DNA of 32,789 bases from Acutalibacteraceae bacterium (GTDB lineage Bacteria > Bacillota > Clostridia > Oscillospirales > Acutalibacteraceae), in assembly GCA_045591155.1 (NCBI GenBank), contig JAZNSJ010000096.1, positions 1 through 32,789 on the forward strand, given 5' to 3'. This document shows positions 32,336 through 32,789 of this stretch, piece after piece. The notes beneath the pieces were generated by a model. The model worked only from the letters and a program-made list of their open reading frames with translations, made no database searches and was not told the DNA's origin. The position numbers were made by a program, and so were the translations under genes. Position 1 is the stretch's first letter, and each line of letters opens with the position of its first letter.

Positions 32336-32789
32336 ATGCCAAAGGTTTTTCCCCAACTTAAATCTTCACCCGTTATAAAAAGGTATGAGGGTAATCCTAT
32401 TCTATCAATGAAGGATATTCCCTATGAGGCTACCTGCATATATAATGCAGGTATTACCAAATACAACGGTAAATACGTTATGGTGTTCCGCAACGACGTA
32501 CGCACTAACGGTTACGGCACAATGCCGCTAAGCAGAATTGATTTGGGGCTTGCTACAAGTAATGATGGTATACATTGGATCGTTTCCGACAAACCCTTTA
32601 TACCTCAGTCGGCTATTGAAACCGACGAGATAGAGCGTATATATGACCCTCGTCTTACAGTTATTGATGGAGTTTTACATATGTGCTTTGCGGTTGACAC
32701 TAAGCACGGTGTTCACGGCGGCGTTGGTATAATACACGACCTTGAGCGGCTTGAGATTATGAGCATTTCAGCTCCAGATAATCGCAATA
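32336..32789 (+). CDS. GH130-family beta-mannoside phosphorylase/hydrolase, N-terminal part (3' end lies outside the window)
   Basis: ATG 32336 follows AAAGGAGAA, and the frame stays open to the window edge. The translation is MPKVFPQLKSSPVIKRYEGNPILSMKDIPYEATCIYNAGITKYNGKYVMVFRNDV...LATSNDGIHW...IYDPRLTVIDGVLHMCFAVDT...SAPDNRN, with GH130 hallmarks (NPIL, N.G....G.Y.M.FR, S.DG..W, DPRL, DNRN). It is not listed in the supplied track because it has no stop. Confidence 0.8.
   Translation, partial: MPKVFPQLKSSPVIKRYEGNPILSMKDIPYEATCIYNAGITKYNGKYVMVFRNDVRTNGYGTMPLSRIDLGLATSNDGIHWIVSDKPFIPQSAIETDEIERIYDPRLTVIDGVLHMCFAVDTKHGVHGGVGIIHDLERLEIMSISAPDNRN

Noticed and set aside
32094-32378. 94-aa plus-strand ORF spanning the MATE 3' end and the intergenic region
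   Set aside because: It overlaps the MATE CDS out of frame and crosses the start of the GH130 gene in a different reading frame. It has no RBS. The region is better explained by the MATE stop at 32241 and the GH130 start at 32336.

Overview
The window looks like chromosomal DNA from a low-GC Firmicute, probably Clostridia-like. That call rests on gene order and Shine-Dalgarno/promoter style only, because no database search was possible. Conserved housekeeping blocks are pth(partial)-mfd-lipoprotein, rplM-rpsI, a ymdB-like phosphoesterase, an orphan family-5 solute-binding lipoprotein, and Asp23(yloU)-DAK2(yloV)-recG followed by an ABC exporter. A minus-strand amino-sugar operon (nagB, N-acetylhexosamine 1-kinase, aldose-1-epimerase-like) sits among them. 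A glycoside-utilisation locus spans 17.2-28.3 kb: two tandem AraC paralogs, a Gfo/Idh/MocA oxidoreductase with a degenerate partner, a domain-permuted doubly membrane-anchored GH3, a cytoplasmic GH2, and a GPH/MFS symporter with a large extra loop domain. The window ends with a MATE exporter and the 5' part of a GH130 phosphorylase. The most unusual region is a ~2.6 kb mostly non-coding island (28291-30858) between the symporter and the MATE gene. It holds (i) a near-consensus promoter driving a ~165-nt structured leader with its own intrinsic terminator, (ii) a 42-aa micro-ORF with a strong RBS, and (iii) two heavily diverged, inverted copies of a ~370-410 nt hairpin-rich element. Those two copies flank (iv) an orphan 392-aa four-TM/coiled-coil protein that has its own consensus promoter. 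Compensatory changes, strand-specific G-U pairs and GNRA loops argue that the element is a large structured RNA, sense on + for the left copy and on - for the right copy. I cannot assign it to any known class by eye. Two enzymes, the GH2 and the ABC exporter, carry Val (GTG) where a catalytic Glu is expected.
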